Shown here piece by piece: positions 14,634-28,351 of a stretch of 64,000 bases of DNA (position 1 is its first letter; each line of letters starts with the position of its first letter). The stretch is taken from assembly GCA_964016885.1 (NCBI GenBank), contig OZ024745.1, forward strand, positions 15,748,001 through 15,812,000, read 5' to 3'. Made by a program: the position numbers and the translations under genes. Under the pieces are notes generated by a model. That model was given only the letters and a program-made list of their open reading frames with translations. It was not told where the DNA came from and did no database searches. Origin of the DNA: Eledone cirrhosa (taxonomy: Eukaryota).

Positions 14634-14785
14634 TAAAATAACAGATTAAAGTTTAAGCAAAGAATCGCTGCTTTCACCCTTAACGCGATCTTCTGAAGAA
14701 GATATATTTATATATATTTGATATATATATTTATCCTTATCGAGCCCTCTTTGGATTTTAGTCTTCGAATTTATTATTATTACTA

Positions 14786-14849
<64 letters not shown>

Positions 14850-14854
<5 letters not shown>

Positions 14855-16395
14855 TTTACGTATCGAGAAAGAGAAAAAAAGGAGGGATAGGTGATACATA
14901 TAGTTATTTGCCAAGTAGCGTATGCCAAAGGTGCTCGATACTAGTGCCGGCAGTATTAAATATTCGAAGTGTTAATATTTAGTGGGCTAGAGAGTTAGCA
15001 GAGCGTAAGCACGTGGGAAAGTAATAAATCGGAGAATAGACCGTTAAAATTGTTTATTTAAAATATCACCTACGTACGTTTCGCCCAGTTGGGCTTCTCA
15101 AGGGCATAAATAATCACAAGTGTTCCTTATATTGCTCGGAAAGAGTTTTTTGGTTAAATCCACATCAAGGTTCATTGCTCGCAAAAATATCTTGTTTTGA
15201 TTTTGCAGCAGGTCAAGGGAGGTAACTCTGGCCGGTGTTAGGGCAGTCTTTCCCGGACATTTTTTTTTTTTTTGCCGCATCTGTTTCTCTGAGGCTGGGT
15301 CTGGTATGCAAGGATTGTTTTCTGGGTGTTATTTTTCAGCGCCTGCCCGCCGGGGTGTTAAGACTTGTTGCAGGGAGATCCAGTGTACTATTTCACTCTT
15401 CATCCTTAACCCATCTGAAGAAGGATATTTTTAAGCGATGTGTACAACTTATCGCTGTTTCAGCTCTGCTGTTGATGAGCTCGTGGGGTGCAGTTATGAT
15501 GTGGTAGAGCTCCATGAGGCAAAGATCGCATTTCCTCTTGAAGTTGTACGGTGCAGCCCTGCCGACAATCTCCCAGTGCGTGGAGAAGCTGATGTTTAAG
15601 TCCTTTAGTGATGTGATGTAGTCCGCGAGCGAAGTGGAGTGCCTTAGTTTTCTATTTGTGAAAGAGTGGAGATGTGTTCGAAACCTAATTTTGAACGGGC
15701 CGGAGGTGGCCCCTATATAATGTTTAACGCTATTGTGGCTAGTAATAGTGCATCTATATATAACCCTATCAGTCAAGCAGTATCCTCTAAGGGGGCAGCG
15801 TCCTCTGTCGCGGCAGTTGCAATTTCTGTCGCGGTTCCGTCTATTTCCCACGGTAAGGCTATCATTGTTGCTGCCTACGTTGTTACCTACGCTACCGCAG
15901 CTGTCGTTAGCACAATTACAACCCACAGCACGCGGGATGGTGCGATTGTTATTCCGCACGTCATGTTCTGCATGTTCCCCGGTCATTTCGCGGTCATTCT
16001 GGTTGCGTCTGCGGATGCCGTTGCCAACACTATTGGATGCTGCCAGGGAGTTGTTAAGGCCGATATAGTTATTGTCAGGTGTAGGTGCGTCTGTGTCGAG
16101 GTGCTGTGTCTTGGTGATCTTACTGTGGTTCGTTGTTCCTATGATGTCTGTGTCTGCTAGGTTAGGAGTAGTAGAGAAGGATATTTTTATATTGTTCCTA
16201 TTAAGAATTTTTCTATACCTATGGTTGGGCGGGAAGTTCTTCTCTAAGGCTTCGAAGAACATCCGGGGTATGTTGGAGGCCACACTTCGAGAGTAGGGTG
16301 GGGTGGGGTGGGGGTGGAACCATAGGACGTTACGGTCGCGATTACGTGTCCTTGTACTTTTGCTACGGGTGGTTTCATCTAAGTGACCGCTCTTA
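14850..16395 (-). mobile_element. 5'-truncated PLE with linker and GIY-YIG ORF (15393-16283) and HHR in the 3' repeat
   Basis: FPPNHRYRKILNRNNIKISFS, CNCRDRGRCPLRGYCL, VIYRC...YIGAT...FKIR, CDLC; flanked by (TA)n. Confidence 0.9.
15066..15107 (-). ncRNA. Minimal type I hammerhead with U3-A8 core (family E)
   Basis: gccc-TTGAGAA-gccc aact gggc-GAA-ACGTACGT-A-ggt; perfect stem II, palindromic stem III, weak stem I. Confidence 0.7.
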
Positions 16396-16409
16396 TATAT
16401 ATATATATA

Positions 16410-16959
16410 TTGTTATACTTGGGGAGGATCATATTTGTGTAATAATAGTCCCAGAATTAATAACAGAACACACTCACTGTTTTGTTGGTTTTCGCTTCTG
16501 TGTCTTTTATATCGGTTAATTTAATTTATTCGGTCCTCAATGTTACCATTGACTGACCAACGGTCAAAAATACAGATACAATATAGACACAAACACATAT
16601 ATATAGTTTAACAAAGTTCTTTCGTTGCACATACAATGCAACGGGAGGAAACATAATAGCACAACTGACGATGTTGCAGATGTGCAACGAAAGAACTTTG
16701 TTAGACTATATATATGGGCTTGTGTCTATGTTGTATCTGCATTTTTGACCATTGGTCAGTCAATGGTAACATTGAGGACCGAATCAATTAAATTAACCGA
16801 TATAAAAGACACAGAAGCGAAAACCAACAAAACAGTGAGTGTGTTCTTTTATTAATTATGGCACTATTATTACAACAATATGACCCTCCCCAAGTATAAC
16901 AATATTTGTTTCGACACACGATTTCATATCAAAAACCTCGCAAAACTAATTCATCGCCG

Positions 16960-17058
<99 letters not shown>

Positions 17059-17064
17059 TACATG

Positions 17065-17096
<32 letters not shown>

Positions 17097-17113
17097 TGTA
17101 TGCATATATATAC

Positions 17114-17210
<97 letters not shown>

Positions 17211-17620
17211 CATATAACGGCGATGAATTAGTTTTGCGAGGTTTTTTATATGAAATCGTGTGTCGAAACAAATATTGTTATACTTGGGGAGGGTCATATT
17301 TGTGTAATAATAGTGCCAGAATTAATAACAGAACACACTCACTGTTTTGTTGGTTTTCGCTTCTGTGTCTTTATTTATTAAAATAACAGATTTATTAAAA
17401 TAACAGATTAAAGTTTAAGCAAAGAATTGCTGCTTTCACCCTTAACGGCATCTTCTGAGTTTCAGAAGATCCCGTTAAGGGTGAAAGCAGCGATTCTTTG
17501 CTTAAACTTTAATCTGTTATTTTAATAAATATTTGCTCTACGGTTCTTATATATTTGATATATATTTATCCTTATCGAGCTCTCTTTGGATTTTAGTCTT
17601 CAAATTTATTATTATTACTA
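16410..17620. repeat. Compound cluster of nested inverted pLTR fragments from two families around a quasi-palindromic (TA/TATG)n tract
   Basis: 16410-16635 inverted vs about 16675-16905; about 16805-16961 inverted vs 17215-17370; 17390-17457 inverted vs 17462-17530. Confidence 0.85.
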
Positions 17621-17633
17621 TATATATATAGAT

Positions 17634-17733
<100 letters not shown>

Positions 17734-17828
17734 GTATGTATGTAAAATGTAAACAGAAATAACAACACATTCGGTACAGTATATGGAAGGGATATATTAG
17801 ATTAACGCTTGATATAGCAGGAAGAGAG

Positions 17829-17864
17829 TCTTAACGTTTCGGACGCTAGTCCTTCATCAGAAGA
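17829..17864 (-). ncRNA. Minimal type I hammerhead (family F)
   Basis: tctt-CTGATGA-a ggac tagc gtcc-GAAACGTT-aaga. Further copies at 20296-20331(-), 21432-21467(+) and 33306-33341(+). Confidence 0.85.
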
Positions 17865-19074
17865 AAGAATGAGAAATAAGATAGATTGAGGAGACGGGCA
17901 GATGATCTATCTCTCTATCTGTCTATGGAGAGACTTTGTCAGAAATGTTCGAGTGTGGTCGTAATGATGACGATGATGATGATGATGACAGTACATTTCC
18001 AAAGTATTTATATTGCTGTTCAAAATGTTTATGCAACGGTTTCAAATTACTTTTGTGGATTGGATAGATTTGTAAAGGTGAATATTTACTGAGATTTTAT
18101 AATAATTCATGATAGATCCTCCGTCAGTTTCTACGATAAGCTGGTCGACTGAACTCGTAAATCAACTCATAAATTATGAAGTAATTGAGAAATCAACAGA
18201 CACGAGTGCCCTTAGGGAGATCAAATGTAGCAAAATACATGATAATGAATCATACGTCTGTTTCAACGATGAGCATTGTGTTGTTGTTCGATGAACTAAC
18301 ATGTCTTGTCCTGAATTAACGTACAAATAAGTGTCTGGCTATTTCACAGACACGTGTTCACTTAAGATAATTCTCCGGATTGTGACACAATAAGTGACAA
18401 GGCTGGACTTCTGAATTACAGTTAGTTATCTCTATTTACAGACTTGTATATATATTTGGTTAGTCTTTCCATTTTATTGATAGATATATATCATTGTCTG
18501 TTGGGGAGAGAGAGAGACATTTATTTTCCTGGTTCTATTTGATAAGTATTATCTGATGATCAATTTACCCAAATCCTCCTGTATATATAAATTAGCACGG
18601 TCTTCACTAAGCTCAATTTCTCATTATCTGGTGTCTCTATTGTTTTCTTGTTTCATCAGGTCTCTGTCCGTATTTCACAATCCTAGCATAATTTCGCCAA
18701 TATATAAGTCGAAACTCTGCCATGTCTTTTGACGGCGAATTAATAGCGTTGTTAAAGCATTAATTTGGCAAATCCTTGGTAATTGCTCTGGTTCTCAGCA
18801 TTGTGAGTTCAAATCTCACCGAGGTCAACTTTGTCTTTCATCCATTTTTTAGTGGGGGTGGCGATAAACAAACTTCCAGTTCAGGAACGGTGAATTATAT
18901 TTATTGGAATTGTTAAAGCATTAAATGAGGTGCCTTGTGGTATTTGTTTCGACTACGTATGTTCCGAGATCGAATCCCACCCCATGCCACCTGATAAGTG
19001 TAACGTTTCTTGCCAGGAGTTACGACCAGCAGATACTTTCATCAATGAAATGATCAGGGGAAAAATAGAAATAG

Positions 19075-19635
19075 AAATATGATTCTTTGCGGAAACATTC
19101 CACTGAATTTGATTATCTTTAATTTGGTATTCGTGCCAAACTTTACCTATGGTCATGAATCTCGGGTAATGACCAAAAGAATACAATCGCAAATACAAGC
19201 GACCGAAATGGGGTTCATCCGAAGGGTCTTTGGAGTAACGTTACTTGATAGCGTGAGTAGCACGGAGATCAGAGAGTCACTCCAGGTAAAACCGCTACTT
19301 CTCCGAATTGTGCGATCAAAAGCTCCGATACTATGGAGGACATGTGGTTAGAATGTCTCAGGAAAGAATCACTGGACAGATTTTATAAGCAAAACCGACT
19401 GACAGGAGACCCAGGGGTAGACCTCGAGCAAGATGGTTGGATAACATCCATGAGCTTGGCTGGTCTCGCTTGGGGATCCACCCGGATCAGTTGGAGAGGG
19501 TTGCTTGTGACAGGAATAAGTGGGCGAAGAAGAAGAAGAAGAAGAAGAAGAAGAAGAAGAAGATAAGAAGTAGAAGAAGAAGAAGAAGAAGAAGATAAGA
19601 AGTAGAAGAAGAAGAAGAACAACAACAACAAGAAG
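19075..19635 (+). mobile_element. RTE-clade LINE 3' fragment with (GAA)n tail
   Basis: VPNFTYGHES...QATEMGFIRR...GHVVRM...RRPRGRPRARWLDNI, then (AGA)n. Confidence 0.8.
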
Positions 19636-19887
19636 ATCACAATCATTATCCTGAGACTAATGAGCAAGTGTTCATTGGCCTAGACGGGAGAGAATCCATT
19701 GACCTGAGAGAATGACGGGATGAAGAGAAGATGTAATCGATCTGTTGCCGCAGTATAAAGAAGCTTATAGGTTGATACCAGCAGAGACACCTGGTGCGAT
19801 TTATTTATTAGATTGTGTGACTTGAACACCAGGTGATGGTGATGATGGGAATAGTGTTATAATGGACAGTGGATGAGATATAGCTCC

Positions 19888-19944
<57 letters not shown>

Positions 19945-19977
19945 GCGCGCGCGCGCGCGCGCACGCACACACGCACA

Positions 19978-20017
<40 letters not shown>

Positions 20018-20172
20018 CACACACACACACACACGACACACACACACACATATATAGTGTTATATTAGACAATGGATTGGATCTAGCTCCTAAACATAAA
20101 TACACATACGCACACACATACAAGTGTGTGTGTATGTATATATACACACACACATACGCTCACACACACACA

Positions 20173-20202
<30 letters not shown>

Positions 20203-20206
<4 letters not shown>

Positions 20207-21119
20207 GGGTATGTAAAAGGTAAACAGAAATAACAACACAATCGATAGAGTATATGGAAGGTATATATTAGGTTAACGATATAGCAGGAAGAGGGTCTTA
20301 ACGTTTCGGACGCTAGTGCTTCATCAGAAGAAAGAATGAGAAATAAAATAGATTAAGGGGATGGGCGGGATGGAATTTGAAAAAATGTCTTTAGATAAAT
20401 ATAACAGGTCCATTCATGTTGACATCTCTTGCAAAACTGTTGGTGCTGGCGTTTTGTGTATGATTTATTTTTTAGAAAAGTGGATGATGGAACGCGTCTA
20501 CCTGAAATGGAAAAAAAACTGTTTTATATATATATATATATATATAAACCCGAGGTGATCGATATAGAAACAATTTGTAATATGCAACAAAGTTTCACAA
20601 AAAAATGCAATTCTTATTCTCTCTCTCTCTCTCTCTCTCTCTTTATATATATATATAGGTACACACACACACATATAAAGAGTAGTATGCTCAGCGCGGA
20701 GAGGCTATAAATAACCCATGAAATAGGTGGCGATCCTTAAAGACGGAAAAAGAAGTAAACGTGAAAATGACATCGCACGCACACGTATACTTATTACGAC
20801 TCGGTTTGGATACTCCTGTCGCCCGTCCTTTCTGTTCTCCTGGTCATTCTTCCCCAACATGTTTCAGTCCTGGATGTCCTTTTACATCATGGATCACAGG
20901 CCTCGCACATCAGGACTGAACAAAGTCTGATTCACCGTCTTGGGTCCTATTCCCCTCTTGGACTCAACTCACCTCCCCAATTTCTCTAATACCCCGTCCA
21001 TTATCACACCCCTAGATTCCTATCGCTTTCTCTTTGCTCATAGCTTCGTACTTACATGCACACACACTCTTTTACTCACATATACACACACATTTCTTCT
21101 TAGCTTCGTACGGACCTAT

Positions 21120-21202
<83 letters not shown>

Positions 21203-21558
21203 CTTACGCACGTGCTCATGTATAGCTCTTTTTACAAAACGGTTTTTTTTTCCATTTCAGGTAGACGCGTTCCATCATCCACTTTTCTAACATAGTAAAT
21301 CATACACAAAACGCCAGCACCAACAGTTTTGCAAGAGATGTCAACATGAATGGACCTGTTATTTTTTTCTAAAGACATTTTTTCAAATTCCAACCCGCCC
21401 GTCCCCTCAATCTATTTTATTTCTCATTCTTTCTTCTGATGAAGCACTAGCGTCCGAAACGTTAAGACCCTCTTTCTGCTATATCAAGCATTAACCTAAT
21501 ATATACTTTCCATATACTCTATCGATTGTGTTGTTATTTCTGTTTACCTTTTACATAC

Positions 21559-21565
<7 letters not shown>
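20203..21565. mobile_element. Non-coding element with about 320-bp inverted HHR-bearing arms (family F)
   Basis: 20203-20525 is the reverse complement of 21238-21565; about 700-bp spacer; (TA)n outside both arms. Confidence 0.8.
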
Positions 21566-21604
<39 letters not shown>

Positions 21605-21752
21605 ACGCAGAAATGTATACACATACACAAACAAACATAAATGTATATATATATATATATTGATGTAATTCTGTTGAACAGCTGTTACTGTTCGGTTGAC
21701 AAATGCTAGACAGAAGTGTTTATTTAAACTCGTATAAAATGCTAGCTTGAAG

Positions 21753-21870
<118 letters not shown>

Positions 21871-22404
21871 ACGCACGCACACACACACATATATATACCA
21901 GGGTGAATAGGTGTGATGGTAGGTTGGTGTGGTAGGTTGGTGTGGTAGGTGTTAGCAGGGTCGGCGCAGCTATCAGGCCAGCTAGGCAGCCACCTAGGGC
22001 GCAGACCACAGCCGGGCGCTTTACTGAATCTCAAAAAAGCACAATTTTCTACAAATTTGTAAAATTAAATTCTCTGTGATCAATAAATAAATCGATAAGC
22101 ATCTTTATCGCGTAGCAGCGTTGTGTAAACATCGAAAGCGATGGAGAGGGTCGTATATTGTTATGACCAGTGAAATGGTTGACGTGAGGAAAGTGCTGGT
22201 TTAGTAATTGGTCAGAACAAAAAAGAGTCAAAATCGATGTTTGCCAGCTTGTTAAATTCTCATTGTTTCGTTCAAGTGCAGCCTGTATACATGGTGGGGT
22301 AAATAAATATAAACATATACATCAGGTCCGAACACAATGGAACCAACTTCTCACTGTCACTCCCTCCATCTCTCCCGCTCTCCCCATCTCTCACTATTAT
22401 GAGC

Positions 22405-22562
22405 GACGGACACAATAGATAGGGCCTTTCCCTGGAGGATAGTGAGGAATACGCGTTGGAAGAGCCATTCCAGCTCACGAGACTCACACCTGTGTGTAAC
22501 CTACTCCGTGCCAATGGTGGGGAGTAGAGAGGTGGTCCCAGGGCCAAGGACACCAGACATCT
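22405..22562 (-). mobile_element. CRE-like LINE C-terminal remnant
   Basis: GVLGPGTTSLLPTIGTE...RELEWLFQRV aligns with the end of the 62066-62640 fragment. Confidence 0.7.
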
Positions 22563-22757
22563 CCAAACTGTAAGATGAAGTTATTTTATTTAAGAGAATG
22601 GGTCGCTGAATTGAGATAAAAGGACGCATATTTTAAGGCTAATATAGGGAGAGCACTATACACACAGTACCGGCCGTGGGTGTCGGGTTGGTGGTCATAT
22701 TCGTAAGTCGGACACACACACAAACACATCTACACACACACACACATATATATATAT

Positions 22758-22920
22758 TTGTTTCTAGTTTTGGCACAAGGCCAGCAATTACCCAGTACAT
22801 TACTGGTACTTTATTTTATCGACCCCGTAAGGCGGGATTTGAACTCAGACCATAAAGGGCCGTAACTATGGTGGAAAGCATGGCGTCCGACCCTCTACCG
22901 ATACTGCCAATCCACGGCCA
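22758..22920 (-). mobile_element. SINE family S1 (internal deletion)
   Basis: Homologous to 26500-26685. Confidence 0.85.
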
Positions 22921-23044
22921 CTATATATATTGTTGGTTGGTATGAAACGTTAAGTATCTGATGGTTCATCAGTTTGAGCACTCAATGCTGTTCCTTGGAT
23001 CCAGCTGTCGTTTGATATTAATAGTTGTAACATAGTAGTAGTAC

Positions 23045-23095
<51 letters not shown>

Positions 23096-23444
23096 AAGTA
23101 GTAGAAGTAGTAGTAGTAGTAGTAGTAGAAGTAGTAGTAGTAGTAGAAGCTGTAGTAGTAGTAGTAGTAGAGTTTGTTGTCGTTGATCTCGTAACAGTGG
23201 CTGATACCTAACACTGTCATCTATTCACAACATATGGACTTTTTGCGTATATACGGTATAAATGGGGTGACATGGATAATACCAGTACTACACATGAGAA
23301 GATCCTCGAGTTTGAGGAGCTATCAATTCCAGAGTTAGGCCCAATTGAACCTCCAGCTGATCGATTGTGAAACGCGCGTCACGCGTGAATGAAATATTTA
23401 TAAGATGCTAAATTGATACATCGTTCCCGCTTGCATATATATAT

Positions 23445-23842
23445 CATCATCATCATCATCATCGTCAGGTTTAGCGTCCGTGTTCCACGCTTGCATGGGT
23501 TTGGACGGGGGTTTTCCCACTTGAGGCAAGAGTGGTTGTCTTGCTCGCATAGGACTGTCTGGCGGGTTTTCTACAGTTGGATGCCCTTCCTAACACCAAC
23601 CACATTTACAGTGTGGGGCTGGGAGGTTTTTACCGTGTTGCCCACACGGCCACATTACAGCGTGAACTGTCTGGCGGGTTTTCTACAGCTGGATGCCCTT
23701 CCTAACACCAACCACATTTACAGTGTGGGGCTGGGAGGTTTTTACCGTGTTGCCTACACGGCCACATTTACAGCGTGGACTGTGTGTTTTTTGTCGTGAC
23801 ACCTACACGATCTCATTTGTTTCGGCCTGGATGTTGTGGGAC

Positions 23843-23845
<3 letters not shown>
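23445..23845 (-). mobile_element. SINE-like repeat with (TGA)n tail and an internal tandem duplication of about 111 bp
   Basis: ggttggtgttaggaagggcatcca.ctgtagaaaacc duplicated (23555-23665 and 23666-23776); catcatcat tail. Confidence 0.6.
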
Positions 23846-23894
<49 letters not shown>

Positions 23895-23991
23895 AGGGAG
23901 TGCAACTTGGAGTTACTGTAGGTTCACCCGGGTGAGCACTCGATGTTTAGGTTTACTTCGGTGTCAAGGTGTAAAGGTATACAGAGTGTAT

Positions 23992-24333
23992 TATAGTGAA
24001 ATAAAATAACAAGGACGATTGGTTACTCCTTCATTACGTTTATTGGTTGGTGACGCGCGTTTCGCCACTGATCAGCTCAAGGTTCGATCTGTATCGATCT
24101 GACCCAACTCTGTAATCCGCGGCTCGTCAGACGCGGCTCCGTAATCCGCGGCTAAATGGTAATGGAAACCTTTTTCCATCACCATTACAAGGGGTCTGAC
24201 GAGCCGCGGATTACAGAGTTGGGTCAGATCGATACAGATCGAACCTTGAGCTGATCAGTGGCGAAACGCGCGTCACCAACCAATAAACGTAATGAAGGAG
24301 TAACCAATCGTCCTTGTTATTTTATTTCACTAT
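23992..24333. repeat. Inverted repeat (about 140-bp arms) carrying two opposed hammerheads (family G)
   Basis: 23992-24132 is the reverse complement of 24194-24333. Confidence 0.9.
24193..24277 (+). ncRNA. Type I hammerhead with long stem II (family G)
   Basis: ggt-CTGACGA-gccgc...gtggc-GAA-ACGCGCGT-C-acc; GUC site; mirror copy at 24049-24132(-). Confidence 0.85.
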
Positions 24334-24769
24334 ATATATATATAAACAGTATTAAACTAGTAAGAACTTTATTCAACAGAGCACTCGATGCTTGGGATAG
24401 TAGAGTATGACTATTAGAAAGAGTCGGGCCCGACGGCTGAGCTCTTGCCGTTTCAACAGCTAATTCCCTGTTAACCCAAGAAAGTGGTTAACAGTTTGGA
24501 ACCAGCTTTTTAAACGGCAAGAGCTCAGCCGTCGGGCCCCGACCCTTTCTAATGTGTATATATATTTGTATTTTAGTTGCTTTGGTATTGTGTGGCTAGG
24601 CTCACCTGCCGCAGTTTTCAATTTGTCACGCTATCTAACGTATGTTAATTACTCCATGGTGACACAACCTTATCGAGTGCTTTACTACACTTTCCTAATT
24701 GTATATCGTTAGCTTGGCCGCAGCCAAAACTTCGACTTTACTAAACTTACATTTGTATATATATATATA

Positions 24770-25247
24770 TTAGTTTTGCGAGGTTTTTGATATGAAATCG
24801 TGTGTCGAAACAAATATTGTTATATTTGGGGAGGGTCATATTTGTGTAATAATATTGCCAGAATTAATAACAGAACACACTCACTGTTTGGTTGGTTTTC
24901 GCTTCTGTGTCCTTTATATCGGTTAATTTAATTTATTCGGTCCTCAATGTTACCATTGACTGACCAACGGTAAATAATACAGATACAATATAGACACAAA
25001 CACATATATATAGTCTAACAAAGTTCTTTCGTTGCACATCTGCAACATCGTCAGTGGTGCTATTATGTTTCCTCCCGTTGTATTGTATGCCTACGCCATA
25101 TTTGGTCAGTCAATGGCAACATTGAGGACCGAATAAATTAAATTAACCGATATAAAAGACACAGAAGCGAAAACCAACCAAACAGTGAGTGTGTTCTGTT
25201 ATTAATTCTGGCAATATTATTACACAAATATGACCCTCCCCAAGTAT

Positions 25248-25255
<8 letters not shown>
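24770..25255. repeat. Fold-back pLTR repeat
   Basis: About 24815-24966 inverted vs 25102-25254; (TA)n flanks. Confidence 0.85.
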
Positions 25256-25300
<45 letters not shown>

Positions 25301-25539
25301 GTTCTGCTCTGGACCGCAGTTCAAAGCCTGTGTGTTTGCAGGCCAGCCCAAACGGAGAGGGTCATCCGTTGGGATTTCACTAATTATTGTATATATACTA
25401 TATACACAGTATGTCAATCTGACATTTTGAATCGTCTTTTTATAAACACAAATGCGCATCCATTTTTAATAACTATATGCATACACACTCGCATATCAAG
25501 TGACAAATAAATGTATATCACCTGTCGCACACCACACAT

Positions 25540-25668
<129 letters not shown>

Positions 25669-25732
25669 ATATATTGTTTGTGTGTGTACTATGTAAGCAT
25701 ATATATAAACACTCAGTTATGTATACACAAAT

Positions 25733-26342
25733 ATGGTGGCTGCCAACTCGTTTTCGAGTACGGCCAATACTTTATATCCATCTAGGAGAACCCCTACCGA
25801 TGCGCTGAACGAATATGACTTTTTAGTCCAGCCAGCGACTTGAAAACTCTGGTACAAACACTACACCTGTGACAATTATTGACACATAGTGCTGGGCCCA
25901 TGGTACCATGTAACGACAAGTGCAGAAAGATCTCCAGATATAAAGCAATGCCTGTGCCGTGAAGCTTTTATAGTGAGCAAAGGCACTGCACAAAGCCAGT
26001 CCCACTCCCTTAACCAAGATGATATTTACCAAAAAGAAGAACAAGTCAACATCATTGGATACCATCAGGGTTGCAGGTGTTATATCAGAGTTTTCCTTCT
26101 CCTAGAATTCTGCCTTGACAAAGGCTAAGGGTCATCTCTCCCGGTGATTTTGGATGGCCATTGACTCTTAAGAGCTCCTTTGCCCTTTGACAGGTTTTGT
26201 TTTTAGTCCTGCAGGATGTCCAAAGTCACCCTCCTCACCAAGAAACCTTGGTGGGGTTGTCAGTTTAGTCGCCAACGACCCGACCATGAGACAGGTCGTA
26301 CGGGGATACATGTTACCAGTAGCACCAACTGGTGACCTGACA
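25733..26342 (-). mobile_element. Non-coding interspersed repeat with an RTE-5'UTR-like motif
   Basis: Near-identical copy at 54232-54716; contains ctaggagaaggaaaactctg; diverged relatives at 43475-43760(+) and 45361-45560(+). Confidence 0.65.
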
Positions 26343-26451
26343 CAAATATACACACTGACATACACACACACACATATACAATATATATATATTGATTTAT
26401 GCACAACACACGAAAAAATACACTGTGTGTGTATTCTGCAAGTATTTATAT

Positions 26452-26499
<48 letters not shown>

Positions 26500-26500
<1 letters not shown>

Positions 26501-26685
26501 GGTGGATTGGCAGTATCGGTAGATGGTCGGACGCCATGCTTTGACGCATAGAGTTACGGGCCTTGCCATTCTGAGTTCAAATCGCGCCGAGGTTAATTTT
26601 GCTTTTCATCCTTACGAGTTCGATAAAATAAAGTACCAGTAATGCACTGGGTTATTGCTGGCCTTGTGCCATAAGTAGAAACAAT
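26500..26685 (+). mobile_element. SINE family S1, near full length
   Basis: A box tggcagtatcgg, B box gagttcaaatc, core and 3' end gccttgtgcc..aagtagaaac. Other copies at about 31480-31780(-), 32025-32240(-), 42735-42920(-), 47823-47965(+) and 57481-57585(+). Confidence 0.9.
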
Positions 26686-27129
26686 TATATATATATATTA
26701 TAAGTATACACACACACACATACACAACATACACACACATAAATACGGTCCAAACTGTCAAGTTGACATTAAATATTCGTTATTACCTGAAATATAACAA
26801 AGATTTATGTTCAATTTTTTTACTCCTCTTTCTGCCTCCCCGCTTGTCATAGACATAGTCATGTTTCCTGTGTCTCCACTCCTCACCATCTTCCTTTATC
26901 CCCTTCCCTAATACTTCTCTTCCCCATCCCCTACCTGTTCAAGGAGACACAGGTGTTCTTAGTACTGATTTTTACCTGCTTAATTTAATACTTGAAATGC
27001 AGCGAAGTCGCAGAACAGAACCTCAGACAGAGTGAATACCTTGCGGTGTTTCCACTCAACTCTCTCAGTTCAAATCCCGTCCAAGTCAACTTTACCTTTC
27101 CTCTTTTCGAAGTCGATAAATAAAGTAAG

Positions 27130-27510
27130 GGTCAGCAGGCCTAGACCGCGGAGATGGCAAGCGCCCCGACAGAATCACCCTCTTCCCATTCGAAGGAGGT
27201 AGATCCTTCATCTGGGACGCTACCTGTTGCGACACGTTCTCCGTCTCCAATTTAGTCGCTTCGACCACAAACCCGGCATCGCGGCCCGCCTCGCAGAAGA
27301 ACGTAAAATAAACAAATACCGGGGTTTGTCCGGCCGCTTCCTCTTCGGTCGCCGTCGACACCGCAGGCATACTTGGACCCCATACAGCCGAGCTCCTCCG
27401 CAAGATCTGAACGTCAGAGGAAGGAGCCCCGCAAGATTGGGTGGCTGTTGCAACAGGTGCCACTGGCCATTGTCCTCGGGAATGCTTTGGCGGTTTTGTC
27501 AGTGGGGCAC
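27130..27510 (+). mobile_element. CRE-like LINE restriction-like endonuclease remnant
   Basis: GLDRGDGKRPDRITLFPFEGGRSFIWDATCCDT; frameshifted; joined to a degenerate SINE. Confidence 0.8.
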
Positions 27511-27615
27511 AGCACTTCTTCCCCCTTGCCCTAGGCTGAATTGAACTCAGGACTTTAGGATTGTGAGCCGAACAGCTTCACCACTAAGTCGGACATCTTC
27601 ACATTAAACAACATG

Positions 27616-28351
<736 letters not shown>

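Noticed and set aside
18553-18590. Isolated CTGATGA matches (also 1934, 53392, 61061)
   Set aside because: No paired stem II followed by GAAA and stems III/I.
23290-23385. GAAACGCGCGTC resembling family G
   Set aside because: Upstream core not recognisable; not counted as a ribozyme.
25889-26128. 79-aa ORF duplicated at 54387-54626
   Set aside because: Part of a non-coding interspersed repeat; GTG start, no motif.
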